Assembly: GCA_015066975.1 (NCBI GenBank)
Contig: SVNI01000003.1
Location: 17,951 to 81,950, forward strand
Length of the DNA stretch: 64,000 nt
DNA from: Ruminococcus sp.
Lineage (GTDB): Bacteria > Bacillota > Clostridia > Oscillospirales > Ruminococcaceae
Direction: 5' to 3'
The notes under the pieces were generated by a model. It was not told the DNA's origin and ran no database searches. It saw only the letters and a program-made list of their open reading frames with translations. Of this stretch, positions 54,651 to 64,000 are shown one piece after another. Within the stretch, counting starts at the first letter, position 1. Each line of letters opens with the position of its first letter. Made by a program: the position numbers and the translations under genes.

Positions 54651-56255
54651 ATGATCAAATGGCTCATTCTGGTGCTGTATCTATGTCTTATGGTAGGCAT
54701 TGGCATTTACTGCAACCGGAAAACAAAAAGCGTCAGCGATTTCGTGCTCGGAGGAAGAAGCATAGGCCCGTGGTTTTCGGCTTTTGCATTCGGAACATCG
54801 TATTTTTCAGCAGTCGTCTTTATCGGCTATGCCGGACAGTTCGGCTGGAAGTACGGCATTTCGGCTTCTTGGATAGGTCTGGGAAATGCGCTGATAGGTT
54901 CGCTTCTGGCATGGGTGATTCTCGGCAGAAGAACCCGCACAATGACAAAATTCCTCGACTGCGCGACGATGCCGGAATTCTTCGAGAAACGCTATCAAAG
55001 CAAAGCACTGAAAATTGCATCTTCGCTGATAGTCTTCCTGTTCCTGATTCCTTATACGGCATCTGTCTATAACGGCCTGTCCAGATTATTTGAATCTTCG
55101 CTGGGTGTGCCGTATATTTACTGTATCATCATCATGGCAGTATTTACGGCAATTTATGTTATCGCCGGTGGATTCCATGCGACAGCACTTAATGACTTCG
55201 TACAGGGCATTATCATGCTGATAGGCATTATTGCTGTCGTGCTTACTATCGTGAACTATCAGGGAGGATTCGGCACAGCAATGCAGAATCTTGGAAAAAT
55301 TGCCGATGATTCCGGCAATACACAGACGCTGAATTCTGTATTCGGCCCTTATCCGGCTGACCTGATGGGCGTTGTGATTCTGACTTCGCTCGGCACATGG
55401 GGACTCCCTCAGATGATTCAGAAATTCTATTCCATTTCTGATGATAATGCCATCCGCAGAGGAAGTATTATTTCTACAGTCTTTGCTGTGATTGTTTCTG
55501 GCGGATGCTATTTCCTCGGCGGATTCGGCAGACTGTTCGGCACAGCAGATGCTTCCGATACTTCTAAAGTATTTATTAACACTATCAACGGCAAACTGGA
55601 ATATGATGCTATCGTTCCGGCGATGCTTCAGACGGCTCTGCCTGAATTCTTAATCGGCCTGATTGTCGTGCTGGTGCTGTCTGCTTCCATGTCGACACTT
55701 TCTTCTCTGGTACTGACATCCAGTTCGACACTGACACTTGACTTAATCAAGCCAGCGATGAAAGGCAAAATGGATGAGAAAAAGCAGGTGCTTTTTATCA
55801 GAATCTTTATCGCTGTATTCCTGCTGATTTCTGTCATCATGGCAGCGAATAAGAATGCCTATATTACAACCTTGATGAGCATTTCATGGGGTGCGCTGTC
55901 GGGTTCGTTCTTAGCACCGTTTATGCTCGGCCTGTTCTCGAAAAAAATTACTCCTGCCGGAGTGTGGGCATGTTTCGGATTTGCGGTTATTTTCACACTG
56001 ACACATACTGCATTGTTCATGTTGGGATGGTTTCCGGAACTCACAAAGGCTGCTGCAAGTCTGCCGATTCCGTTCACAATCACATCTCCGCTGAATGCAG
56101 GCGCATTCTGCATGATATTCTCTCTGATTCTCTGTCCTGTTGTGAGCAGTTTCACAAAAGTTAAGGACGCTAAGGAAGTTGACAGAATTTTCACATGCTA
56201 TCAGCCGGAATCTGAAACAAAACCTGTTAAAAGCAGTCAGGAGGCACTTTCTTGA
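54651..56255 (+). CDS. sodium:solute symporter (SSS) family transporter
   Basis: 534 aa with ~13 TM helices. The N-terminus SDFVLGGRSIGPWFSAFAFGTSYFSAV is typical of PutP/PanF-type SSS proteins. Confidence 0.75.
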   Translation: MIKWLILVLYLCLMVGIGIYCNRKTKSVSDFVLGGRSIGPWFSAFAFGTSYFSAVVFIGYAGQFGWKYGISASWIGLGNALIGSLLAWVILGRRTRTMTKFLDCATMPEFFEKRYQSKALKIASSLIVFLFLIPYTASVYNGLSRLFESSLGVPYIYCIIIMAVFTAIYVIAGGFHATALNDFVQGIIMLIGIIAVVLTIVNYQGGFGTAMQNLGKIADDSGNTQTLNSVFGPYPADLMGVVILTSLGTWGLPQMIQKFYSISDDNAIRRGSIISTVFAVIVSGGCYFLGGFGRLFGTADASDTSKVFINTINGKLEYDAIVPAMLQTALPEFLIGLIVVLVLSASMSTLSSLVLTSSSTLTLDLIKPAMKGKMDEKKQVLFIRIFIAVFLLISVIMAANKNAYITTLMSISWGALSGSFLAPFMLGLFSKKITPAGVWACFGFAVIFTLTHTALFMLGWFPELTKAAASLPIPFTITSPLNAGAFCMIFSLILCPVVSSFTKVKDAKEVDRIFTCYQPESETKPVKSSQEALS

Positions 56256-57052
56256 ATTATATTGATTTTCATGTTCATGCCTTTGCGGATAAAATCGCTG
56301 AAAGAACTATCAGGTCATTAGCTGAAACCGCAAAAGAACCTCCCGAAACAAACGGTACTCTTTCCGATACGGAACGGAAAATGCAGAACTGGGGCATTGA
56401 TGGCTTTGTTCTGCTTTCGATAGCTACCAAACCAACACAGCATCTTGTCTGCAACAACTGGGCGGCATCCTGCAAGTCGGAACATATATTTCCGTTCGGG
56501 AGCGTTCATCCGAACGGGGAAGATGTATTTGAAGAACTGGAGCGAATCAAACAGCTAGGCTTGTACGGAATCAAACTGCATCCGGATTATCAGGGCTTCT
56601 ATGCGGATGAACCGCGCATGTTCCCGATTTATAAGAAATGCGGAGAATTAGGCCTTCCGATTCTGTTTCATGCCGGAGTTGACCCCATTTGTCCGGAGGA
56701 TATTCACTGTACTCCGAAAATGGCTGTCAAAGCACTGGAATCCGCTCCCGATACGACTTTTATTCTGGCGCATCTGGGAGGAAATCAGCTCTGGAACGAG
56801 GTAGAATCCATCTTAGCAGGAAATTTCGGGAATCTGTATCTTGATACGGCCGTTATCGGTCAGCATATGCACGATGATGCATTATTGTTCCGTATTATGG
56901 AAAAGCACGGCTTTGATAAAATTCTGTTTGCAAGCGACTGTCCGTGGGATAATCCGGCGGTCACAGCTGAAAAAATCAAGCGTCTGGGGCTGAATCCGGA
57001 ACAGGAACATGCAGTGTTCGCCGGAAATGCCGAACGGCTCTTAAATCTGTAA
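56252..57052 (+). CDS. amidohydrolase-2 family metal-dependent hydrolase (TIM barrel)
   Basis: IDFHVHAF..., GIKLHPDYQGF, PILFHAG, ILAHLGG and ILFASDCPW. The TTG start overlaps the transporter stop (TTGA). Confidence 0.7.
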   Translation: MNYIDFHVHAFADKIAERTIRSLAETAKEPPETNGTLSDTERKMQNWGIDGFVLLSIATKPTQHLVCNNWAASCKSEHIFPFGSVHPNGEDVFEELERIKQLGLYGIKLHPDYQGFYADEPRMFPIYKKCGELGLPILFHAGVDPICPEDIHCTPKMAVKALESAPDTTFILAHLGGNQLWNEVESILAGNFGNLYLDTAVIGQHMHDDALLFRIMEKHGFDKILFASDCPWDNPAVTAEKIKRLGLNPEQEHAVFAGNAERLLNL

Positions 57053-57055
57053 AAA

Positions 57056-57095
57056 ATCAGCACAGCGGAATGCACCGCTGTGCTGATTAAGTTTT
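57056..57095 (+). terminator. terminator after the amidohydrolase gene
   Basis: 13-bp stem ATCAGCACAGCGG / CCGCTGTGCTGAT, followed by TAAGTTTT. Confidence 0.7.
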
Positions 57096-57124
57096 CAACA
57101 TTTGCACGTTGGAATGTTGAAAAC
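57091..57124. repeat. palindromic hairpin element (copy 2 of 2)
   Basis: GTTTTCAACATT / AATGTTGAAAAC. The reverse complement shares GTTTTCAACATTCCAAC with 3600-3616. Confidence 0.7.
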
Positions 57125-57130
57125 TGATTT

Positions 57131-58141
57131 TTATGAAATAGTTTTCAGTTCCGTTTCCGGATAGTAATAAGCCAGAATTTCCCGGTAGTCCGCGCCCTGA
57201 ACTGCCATTGCATTCGCGCCGTACTGACTCATGCCGACATCATGACCATAGCCATAAGTCGTGAAAATGAAATTTTTATCCTCATAGCGGACTTGAAACA
57301 CTGCCGACCGCAGACCAAAAATCGTTCTCAGTTCCTGCCCTGTGAAAATGCTCGTCCCGACTGGAATTTGCAGAACTGTTCCGGCTTCGGAACATTCTGC
57401 CTCGCCGAACCAGTGTTCCGTATCCGTTCCCAGAAATAAACCCTCTCTGGATGCAGAAAGCATGTCCTTAACCTGTTCGGCAGTATAGGAAACATTCTGC
57501 TCGAACTGGGGGGCATTTCTGTCGGCACTGCTGTCAACAGACTGGAGATAGGCGATTTCACTTCCCCAGACGTTCTTAGCGGATTCGGTTTTTCCGCCTG
57601 ACATGGCATGAAATGCCGCAATAATCGGCTCGTCCTGATATATCAGAATTTCATGCAGAACGGAATCTACAGCATTTTCGAGTTTCTGATAATTCTGTTC
57701 AAACTTGTCAGCATATAGTTTCTGTAGTTCTTCTGTTGTGTAGAAAGCCTGATACTGACTGGCATCATCAGAAAAGTCTGCGCCTTTGAGTTCCGGACGG
57801 CGGTCGGCAAGTTCTTTCTGGCGTTCCGCGTAAGTATGTGCTGCAACGGCCTGTGCTTTGAGAGCTTCCGGCTCGAAGGTGACAGGCATTTCCGCACCGA
57901 CTGCGCCAATCAGATACTCTCTGACCGGGACTTCCAGAATTTCGCCTGTATCGGCATCCAGCACATGATAATTTTCCGGTTCTGCTGTTCCTGTCGGAAC
58001 AGATTCTGCAACGCTTTCTGAAATATCTTCTGCCATTTCGGCAGAAGTCTGCTGGTCTGCTGTGAACAGTTTTGCCGGAATCAGGGGTATCATTGTCATA
58101 AGCAGGCATAAGAAACTATACAGCATCAGATTTTTTTTCAT
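57131..58141 (-). CDS. spoIID: stage II sporulation protein D (SpoIID/LytB-domain lytic transglycosylase)
   Basis: Signal/TM N-terminus. AVAAHTYAERQ, FHAMSGGKTESAKNVWG and GYGHDVGMSQYGANAMA. ATG 58141 lies after AGGAG. Confidence 0.85.
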   Translation of the reverse strand: MKKNLMLYSFLCLLMTMIPLIPAKLFTADQQTSAEMAEDISESVAESVPTGTAEPENYHVLDADTGEILEVPVREYLIGAVGAEMPVTFEPEALKAQAVAAHTYAERQKELADRRPELKGADFSDDASQYQAFYTTEELQKLYADKFEQNYQKLENAVDSVLHEILIYQDEPIIAAFHAMSGGKTESAKNVWGSEIAYLQSVDSSADRNAPQFEQNVSYTAEQVKDMLSASREGLFLGTDTEHWFGEAECSEAGTVLQIPVGTSIFTGQELRTIFGLRSAVFQVRYEDKNFIFTTYGYGHDVGMSQYGANAMAVQGADYREILAYYYPETELKTIS

Positions 58142-58191
58142 GAAAATCACTCCTGTTTGATTTTAATTTTTTTGCAGATGGTTTCTCCCTC

Positions 58192-58220
58192 TTGACTTGC
58201 TATGCAAAAAATGCTATAAT
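58192..58220 (+). promoter_or_regulatory. promoter of the citrate synthase gene
   Basis: TTGACT (58192-58197), 17 nt, TGc-TATAAT (58215-58220). Confidence 0.65.
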
Positions 58221-58265
58221 ATAAGCTAAAGATGATATATTCAAATACAAGGAGGCAATATTACA

Positions 58266-59624
58266 ATGAGCAAGATGTTTTCAAATGCTGATATGCAAAA
58301 TTTATGCAAAGAGTTAGAAAAACATTCCAGAATTGACCAGCAGTTATATCAGAAATTTCATATCAACAGAGGACTCCGCCGGAACGACGGCACAGGTGTG
58401 CTTGCAGGCATTACCAATATCTGCAATGTTCATGGCTATGTTGTGAATGAAGGTGAAGTGGAAGCCATTCCCGGCGAGCTTATCTACAGAGGATATGATA
58501 TTTATGATTTAGTCCACAATGCCGAAAAGGAAAACCGCTACGGCTATGAAGAAACTGCTTATTTATTATTATTCGGCAAACTGCCTACAAAAGACCAGTT
58601 AGAAGCTTTTCAGCATTATCTTTCCATGCAGAGAACACTGCCGTCAGGTTTTGTTGTCGATATGATGATGAAAGCTCCCTCTAAAAATATCATGAATAAG
58701 CTGGCACGTTCCATTCTGTCACTGTATTCTTATTATGATGCGGACTGCGAAAGCACCAGCCTTGAAGATGAAATGCGGACAGCGGTCAGCCTGATTGCCA
58801 AAATGCCTATCATGATGGTGAATGCTTATCAGGTAAAACGCCGTCATTTCGATAATCAGACATTATATATGCATCCGCTCAGACCGGAAGAGAAAACAGC
58901 AGAAACGATTCTTTCCATGCTTCGCCCTGACAGACAGTATACCAAAGAAGAAGCCCAGCTTCTCGACTGTCTGCTGATGCTCCATGCAGAACACGGCGGA
59001 GGAAATAACTCTACTTTCACATGCCGTGTGCTGACATCTTCCGGAACAGATGCCTATTCGGCATATTCTTCAGCAGTCTGTGCCCTCAAAGGGCCTAAGC
59101 ACGGCGGTGCAAATATTAAAGTATCTGCTATGCTGGAAGATTTCAAAGCCAATGTCAAACACTGGGACAACGAAGGCGAAGTCGCTGACCACATCCGGAA
59201 AGTACTTAGAAAAGAAGCTGGGGACGGAAGCGGTTTGGTTTATGGTATGGGACATGCGGTTTATACGCTTTCTGACCCCCGTGCCGTGATTCTCAAGAGA
59301 AAAGCTTTCAAGCTCGCCGAAGGCAAAGAAATCGAAGCAGAATTCCATCTGCTGGATACTATCGAAAGACTGACCCCTGTCATCATGAAAGAAGAAAAAG
59401 GCACAGAAAAAACATTCTGCGCCAATGTCGATATGTATTCCGGACTGGTTTACAGAATGCTCCAGATTCCCGAAGATTTATATACTCCCTTGTTTGCCGT
59501 TTCCAGAATGGCAGGCTGGTCGGCACATCGCATGGAAGAACTTATGACCGGCGGAAGAATCATCCGTCCGGCGTATAAGGCCATCCCTAAGAAGAAAAAA
59601 TATATTCCCATTTCTGAACGATGA
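58266..59624 (+). CDS. citrate synthase family protein
   Basis: LMLHAEHGGGNNSTF, LKGPKHGGAN, GMGHAVYTLSDPRA. Confidence 0.85.
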   Translation: MSKMFSNADMQNLCKELEKHSRIDQQLYQKFHINRGLRRNDGTGVLAGITNICNVHGYVVNEGEVEAIPGELIYRGYDIYDLVHNAEKENRYGYEETAYLLLFGKLPTKDQLEAFQHYLSMQRTLPSGFVVDMMMKAPSKNIMNKLARSILSLYSYYDADCESTSLEDEMRTAVSLIAKMPIMMVNAYQVKRRHFDNQTLYMHPLRPEEKTAETILSMLRPDRQYTKEEAQLLDCLLMLHAEHGGGNNSTFTCRVLTSSGTDAYSAYSSAVCALKGPKHGGANIKVSAMLEDFKANVKHWDNEGEVADHIRKVLRKEAGDGSGLVYGMGHAVYTLSDPRAVILKRKAFKLAEGKEIEAEFHLLDTIERLTPVIMKEEKGTEKTFCANVDMYSGLVYRMLQIPEDLYTPLFAVSRMAGWSAHRMEELMTGGRIIRPAYKAIPKKKKYIPISER

Positions 59625-60946
59625 ATTTTTTGAAAAAATCATTCTGTTGTCTGTTTTCGCTGATGCTGACGGGATGTTCCATCAGCATCAATGTCGATAC
59701 TATGCTCACCCCCCCGAAACTCAGCGGTGAACAGGAACAGATTTATCAGGCACTTCAAGAAGCCGCTGGCTCTGATATCCGGTTGAAATATCCCAAAAGC
59801 GGAAGCTATCTTTCCGCTTTTATCATTGCAGATATCGACAATGATGCCGGAGAAGAAGCCATTGTCTTCTATGAAAAAAATTCCGCAAGCGGTCTGCGGA
59901 TTAACATTCTGGATAAAATCGACGGCAGATGGCAGTCTATCTGCGACAGAAGTGCCGAAGGCTCGGAAATCGAAAAAGTTATGATTTCTCAGCTCGGAAG
60001 CAGTGACAGAATGAATATTATCGTTGGCTACAGTACAGCGAACCAGTCAGAAAAATATCTTTCTGTCTATGCCTATGAAAATAATTACCTCGAACAGCCT
60101 TTGACACACAGCTATGCACTGTTTGATGTCGCTGATACCGGAGGAACACACCCGGATTTGATTCTGCTCGGCGCAGTCAGCACCGCAGAGCCGGCTTATG
60201 CTGCTGTCTACCGCCTTGCCGAAGATGACCGCTATCATGAATATAAATTCCAGTTTACAGATAACTATACAGATTATCAGCAGTTGAGTTACGGAAAGCT
60301 TTCTGATGACAGAATCGCCCTCTATGTGGATGCCGCAACTGGTACAGCCAACTTACAGACCGAAATCCTCTGTCTGGAATCTTCTGCTGATGCCGATTCC
60401 GATACAGAAACTGATATCCGGCTTGTGAATCTGCTCCAGAGATGCGGAAAATCTGCCGAAGAAACTATCCGCCGTGCCGGGCTGGCTTCTATGGATATCG
60501 ATAATGACAATATCCCCGAAATTCCTGTCCAGCGGGTGTTCAGGGGCTATGAGTCCGCCCCGGAATCTGAACAGATTCGTCAGACGGACTGGCTTAAAAT
60601 GCAGGATAATCAGATTTTTACAGAATATGAAAGCTATTACAGCATCAATGACGGCTATCTGTTTATTCTTCCTGAACAATGGCAGAAACATGTCACAGTC
60701 ATCAATAATATGACCGAAAATGAAATCCAGTTCTGTGCTTATGATGCGGATGAACCGGAAACTCTGCCTGTTCTGCTCAGAATCTATATCGCCTATGATG
60801 ATGCCGACCGGAATGACCATCTTCATGCCGGATATCAGCTTTTACATACCAAAGGAACAGCAAGCTATCTTGTCAAAACCGAACCCGGTGAGGAACTTTC
60901 GGTTTCTACAGGAGAAATTCTGCTGTGCTTTCAATTTTCAGATTAA
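59621..60946 (+). CDS. lipoprotein, unknown function (441 aa)
   Basis: ATGA overlap with the citrate synthase stop. Signal plus lipobox FSLMLTGC. Two DxDNDxxxE stretches (ADIDNDAGEEA, MDIDNDNIPE). Confidence 0.6.
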   Translation: MNFLKKSFCCLFSLMLTGCSISINVDTMLTPPKLSGEQEQIYQALQEAAGSDIRLKYPKSGSYLSAFIIADIDNDAGEEAIVFYEKNSASGLRINILDKIDGRWQSICDRSAEGSEIEKVMISQLGSSDRMNIIVGYSTANQSEKYLSVYAYENNYLEQPLTHSYALFDVADTGGTHPDLILLGAVSTAEPAYAAVYRLAEDDRYHEYKFQFTDNYTDYQQLSYGKLSDDRIALYVDAATGTANLQTEILCLESSADADSDTETDIRLVNLLQRCGKSAEETIRRAGLASMDIDNDNIPEIPVQRVFRGYESAPESEQIRQTDWLKMQDNQIFTEYESYYSINDGYLFILPEQWQKHVTVINNMTENEIQFCAYDADEPETLPVLLRIYIAYDDADRNDHLHAGYQLLHTKGTASYLVKTEPGEELSVSTGEILLCFQFSD

Positions 60947-60970
60947 TTCATGAAAGGAGTATTTCCGCCT

Positions 60971-61672
60971 ATGAAACGTATTCTTGTCTGCGAGGATGAA
61001 GATGTCATCCGGGATTGTGTTGTGATTAATCTCAAACGCGCCGGATATGACGTTGTGGATGTCAACTGCGGTGAGAGCGCATTACAGAAGTTTGAAGAAG
61101 AAAACGGCAATTTCGATATTGTTCTGCTGGATATCATGATGCCCGGCATTGACGGCTTCACCGTCTGCAAGCGTCTGAGAGAAAAAAGCTCTACGCTCGG
61201 TATTATCATGCTGACTGCCAGAACACAGGAAATGGATAAAGTCAGCGGTCTGATGATTGGTGCAGATGACTATATCACAAAGCCTTTCTCCCTTTCAGAA
61301 CTCACTGCCCGTGTAGATGCGATTTATCGCCGTGTCTGCATGAGTTTTAATTCTGATGAGAAAAGCCCCGTGATTGAATCAGGCCCTTTTACACTTAACC
61401 TCAAAAGCCGGACTGTCGCCAAAAACGGCGTGCCTATCGACCTGACACAAGTCGAATACCAGATTCTTGAATACTTTATGAATAATAAAAATACTGCCCT
61501 TGACAGAGCCAGCATTCTCAATCACATCTGGGGCGAAAACTATTACGGCGATTACAAGATTGTAGATGTCAACATCCGCAGAATCCGCCTCAAAATCGAA
61601 GATGAGCCCTCTAATCCGCAGTATATCGTGACTATCTGGGGCTACGGCTATAAGTGGAATGATAAAATTTAA
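60971..61672 (+). CDS. OmpR-family response regulator
   Basis: Receiver domain (KRILVCEDE...LLDIMMPGIDG...ITKPF) plus winged-helix output (TQVEYQILEYF...IVTIWGYGYKW). AAAGGAG lies 12 nt before ATG 60971. Confidence 0.9.
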   Translation: MKRILVCEDEDVIRDCVVINLKRAGYDVVDVNCGESALQKFEEENGNFDIVLLDIMMPGIDGFTVCKRLREKSSTLGIIMLTARTQEMDKVSGLMIGADDYITKPFSLSELTARVDAIYRRVCMSFNSDEKSPVIESGPFTLNLKSRTVAKNGVPIDLTQVEYQILEYFMNNKNTALDRASILNHIWGENYYGDYKIVDVNIRRIRLKIEDEPSNPQYIVTIWGYGYKWNDKI

Positions 61673-63086
61673 AAAAAATACCCTAAAGAAAAGAAGCATC
61701 ACACAACGCTGGATTACTAATAATCTCGCAGTTGTGGTGTTAATCATGATTTCTATCATGCTTGCATTTGTCTATGCAATTCAAACATTCTATTATGCCA
61801 GCGCACGGCAGACCCTCACCAGCGAACTCACCTCGATTGTGAATCTGCTCAACCGCTATGCACAGGATTCCGAAACAAATCTTTCTTCAGAAATGCGAAG
61901 CACTTTTGAGAGCTTTTCCGCAAAAGACAAGATGGAACTCATGGCTGTGAATTCCAAAGGTCGTGTTGTATTGACATCTTCAGGATTTTCGCCCTCTGCC
62001 GGAACAGCGATTCCGGATTATGAAAATCTTCTCAGCGGCGGTGACGGCTACTGGGTCGGAAAAGCTGAAAATCAGGAAAAAATCATGGCCGTCTGTGCAG
62101 ATATTTCTTCTTTCAGCAGTGAATATCATGTCGTCAGAGTGGTATGTTCTCTGACGGAAATTGACAGAGCTGTCGGAACAGTCATTATCGGGGCGACAAT
62201 TGTATGTTCTATGATTCTGCTGATGCTCGTGCTCACTGGAATTTACTTTGTCGGCAGTATCATCAAGCCGATTATGCAGGTCAGCAATATGGCCGGAAAG
62301 TTTGCGAAAGGCGATTTCTCCAGCAGAATCCGCTATCAGGATTCTGATGAAATCGGTGATTTGTGCAAAGCCATCAATCATATGGCGGATGAACTCTCAA
62401 CTGCCGAAGAAATGAAGAACGAATTTATTTCTTCTGTCTCTCATGAATTAAGAACTCCTCTCACTGCCATCAAGGGCTGGGCGGAGACTATCTCCTATGC
62501 CGACAATGACCCCGAAACCGTCCGCAAAGGCATGAACGTTATCGTTAACGAAACAGCAAGACTTTCTCAGATGGTTGAAGAACTGCTCGATTTCTCCCGT
62601 ATGCAGAGCGGTCACTTCACGCTACAGAAAGCGACTATGGACGTACTCGCCGAACTCGGCGACGCAGTTCTTATCTACATGAATAAGAAAGTTCAGGATA
62701 ATATCAGAATCGAATATGATGAACCCGAAATGCTTCCGTTCGTCTACGGTGATAAGAACCGAATCCGGCAAGTATTTATTAATATTATTGATAATGCCGT
62801 GAAGTATTCCGACCCCGGCGGACATGTGCGAATCAAGGCATTTGAACAGGACGGAAATGTCTGTGTCAGCGTTTCGGATGACGGTTGCGGAATCAAGGCT
62901 TCCGACCTGCCGAAAATCAAGACGAAATTCTACAAGCCGAATCATACAAGACGCGGTTCGGGAATCGGGCTTGCCGTCGCGGATGAAATTATTTCCGAGC
63001 ACGGCGGTTCTATCGACATCACCAGCGAAGAAGGCATCGGAACGACGGTTCTGATTACGCTCCCGCCGGAATCGCATGAAATTTGA
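61659..63086 (+). CDS. sensor histidine kinase (2 TM, HAMP, HisKA, HATPase_c)
   Basis: H-box FISSVSHELRTPLTAIKGW, N-box NIIDNAVKYS, G-boxes DDGCGI and GSGIGLAV. It overlaps the response regulator gene by 14 nt. Confidence 0.9.
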   Translation: MIKFKKNTLKKRSITQRWITNNLAVVVLIMISIMLAFVYAIQTFYYASARQTLTSELTSIVNLLNRYAQDSETNLSSEMRSTFESFSAKDKMELMAVNSKGRVVLTSSGFSPSAGTAIPDYENLLSGGDGYWVGKAENQEKIMAVCADISSFSSEYHVVRVVCSLTEIDRAVGTVIIGATIVCSMILLMLVLTGIYFVGSIIKPIMQVSNMAGKFAKGDFSSRIRYQDSDEIGDLCKAINHMADELSTAEEMKNEFISSVSHELRTPLTAIKGWAETISYADNDPETVRKGMNVIVNETARLSQMVEELLDFSRMQSGHFTLQKATMDVLAELGDAVLIYMNKKVQDNIRIEYDEPEMLPFVYGDKNRIRQVFINIIDNAVKYSDPGGHVRIKAFEQDGNVCVSVSDDGCGIKASDLPKIKTKFYKPNHTRRGSGIGLAVADEIISEHGGSIDITSEEGIGTTVLITLPPESHEI

Positions 63087-63118
63087 AACATAAAATATTA
63101 TAGTAAGGGTGTGAATTT

Positions 63119-64000
63119 ATGAGCGAAGAAATCAAACAGAATCCCGAAACCTGCCCCATGAATCCCCATAAAAGCAAAATCGGCGGACAGGCACTTATCG
63201 AAGGCGTTATGATGAAAGGGGCTTACAAAGGCGCAATGGCCTGCCGTCTGCCGGACGGCACTATTGATGTCGAAACCTGGGACTTGAAAGGCGGTGGCAA
63301 AAATAAGCCTTGGTATCGGAAACTTCCGCTGATTCGCGGGTGCTACAGCTTTATCTTCTCCATGGCGGACGGCTATAAATGCCTCATGAAATCCGCCGAA
63401 AAACAAATGACCGAAGAAGAAATCGAACAGGAAGAACAGCCTTCTAAATTTGAAGCATGGCTTGATGCACATTTCAATGAAAAGACTGTCGAAGCTATCA
63501 TGATGGTTGGAATGGTGCTCGGAGTGGTGCTGTCGCTTGCACTGTTCCTGTTTCTGCCGAAATGGGTTGTCGGGCTGATGAAACCCCTCACGGCGAACAG
63601 AGTCATTCAGTCGTTTTCAGAGGGTATTCTGAAAATTATTGTCTTTATCGGCTATATGGCGATAACCAGCACTATGAAAGATATCCGCAGAACTTACGAA
63701 TATCACGGCGCAGAACATAAGACAATCGCCTGTTTTGAAGCCGGACTGCCCCTGACTGTCGAAAACGTACAGAAACAAGTCCGTCTGCATCCCAGATGCG
63801 GAACAAGCTTTATCTTCCTGACATTATTCATCAGTATTCTGGTGATGTGCCTTGTGCCGTTTACCATTCCGTGGCAGAGATTTCTGTGCAGTCTGTGTCT
63901 GCTTCCGATAACTGTCGGCTGTTCCTTTGAATGCATCCAGTTCGCCGGAAGAAGCAACGGCGCAGTTGCGAAGTTCATTTCATGGCCGGGCTTACAGCTC
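63119..64000 (+). CDS. DUF1385 (YqhQ-like) membrane protein, 3' end off the window
   Basis: Absent from the ORF track because there is no stop. My translation from ATG 63119 gives MSEEIKQNPETCPMNPHKSKIGGQALIEGVMMKG...YEYHGAEHKTIACFE...RLHPRCGTSF. The frame stays open to position 64000. Confidence 0.8.
   Translation, partial: MSEEIKQNPETCPMNPHKSKIGGQALIEGVMMKGAYKGAMACRLPDGTIDVETWDLKGGGKNKPWYRKLPLIRGCYSFIFSMADGYKCLMKSAEKQMTEEEIEQEEQPSKFEAWLDAHFNEKTVEAIMMVGMVLGVVLSLALFLFLPKWVVGLMKPLTANRVIQSFSEGILKIIVFIGYMAITSTMKDIRRTYEYHGAEHKTIACFEAGLPLTVENVQKQVRLHPRCGTSFIFLTLFISILVMCLVPFTIPWQRFLCSLCLLPITVGCSFECIQFAGRSNGAVAKFISWPGLQL

Noticed and set aside
54593-55072. 159-aa plus-strand ORF overlapping the start of the SSS transporter gene
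   Set aside because: It is Arg-rich and out of frame with the transporter. The transporter has an RBS (AGAGGG) and a typical SSS N-terminus. The ORF begins inside the transporter's promoter-leader region.

Overview
This 64-kb segment looks like chromosome from a moderate-GC Firmicute, probably a cellulolytic Ruminococcus-like Clostridium. The taxonomic guess rests on a dockerin-tailed LRR protein, a cohesin-like lipoprotein, two GH94 phosphorylases, a type IV pilin and SpoIID. I can support about 50 protein genes and 3 tRNAs (Gln, Tyr, Thr). I saw no rRNA, CRISPR array, integrase or transposase. Most of the content is housekeeping: PFOR (nifJ), nifS-nifU, thrB, a YfhO-type membrane protein, rmuC, malQ/glgP, nadB-nadC, metG, guaB, a DUF512-der-plsY-deoD operon, rpsF-ssb-rpsR, a Ca-type P-type ATPase, citrate synthase, spoIID and an OmpR/histidine-kinase pair. 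Many sigma-A promoters match TTGACA-17-TATAAT almost exactly, often with a TGn extension. The most interesting locus is a four-gene cassette at 39372-42131, wedged between guaB and a GH94 gene. It encodes a PD-(D/E)xK/NERD-like nuclease domain fused to a P-loop SF1/DUF2075-like ATPase. This is translationally coupled to three tandem, diverged but clearly paralogous small acidic proteins that I cannot place in any family. I read it as a candidate uncharacterised defence or conflict module. Other points worth a second look:
- a solitary mazF with no antitoxin ORF
- a Cheo/LexA-type box in front of a coiled-coil plus sigma-region-4 gene pair
- a 26-41 nt motif placed at the same distance upstream of the promoters of two surface-protein genes
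- two candidate small RNAs, one a promoter-to-terminator unit upstream of an ECF sigma gene and one a C-rich RNA downstream of deoD
- an ECF sigma with a membrane anti-sigma-like protein carrying (I/V)LPYT repeats
- several families of reused hairpins
All functional calls come from reading translated motifs and from memory of protein families. No database search was run.
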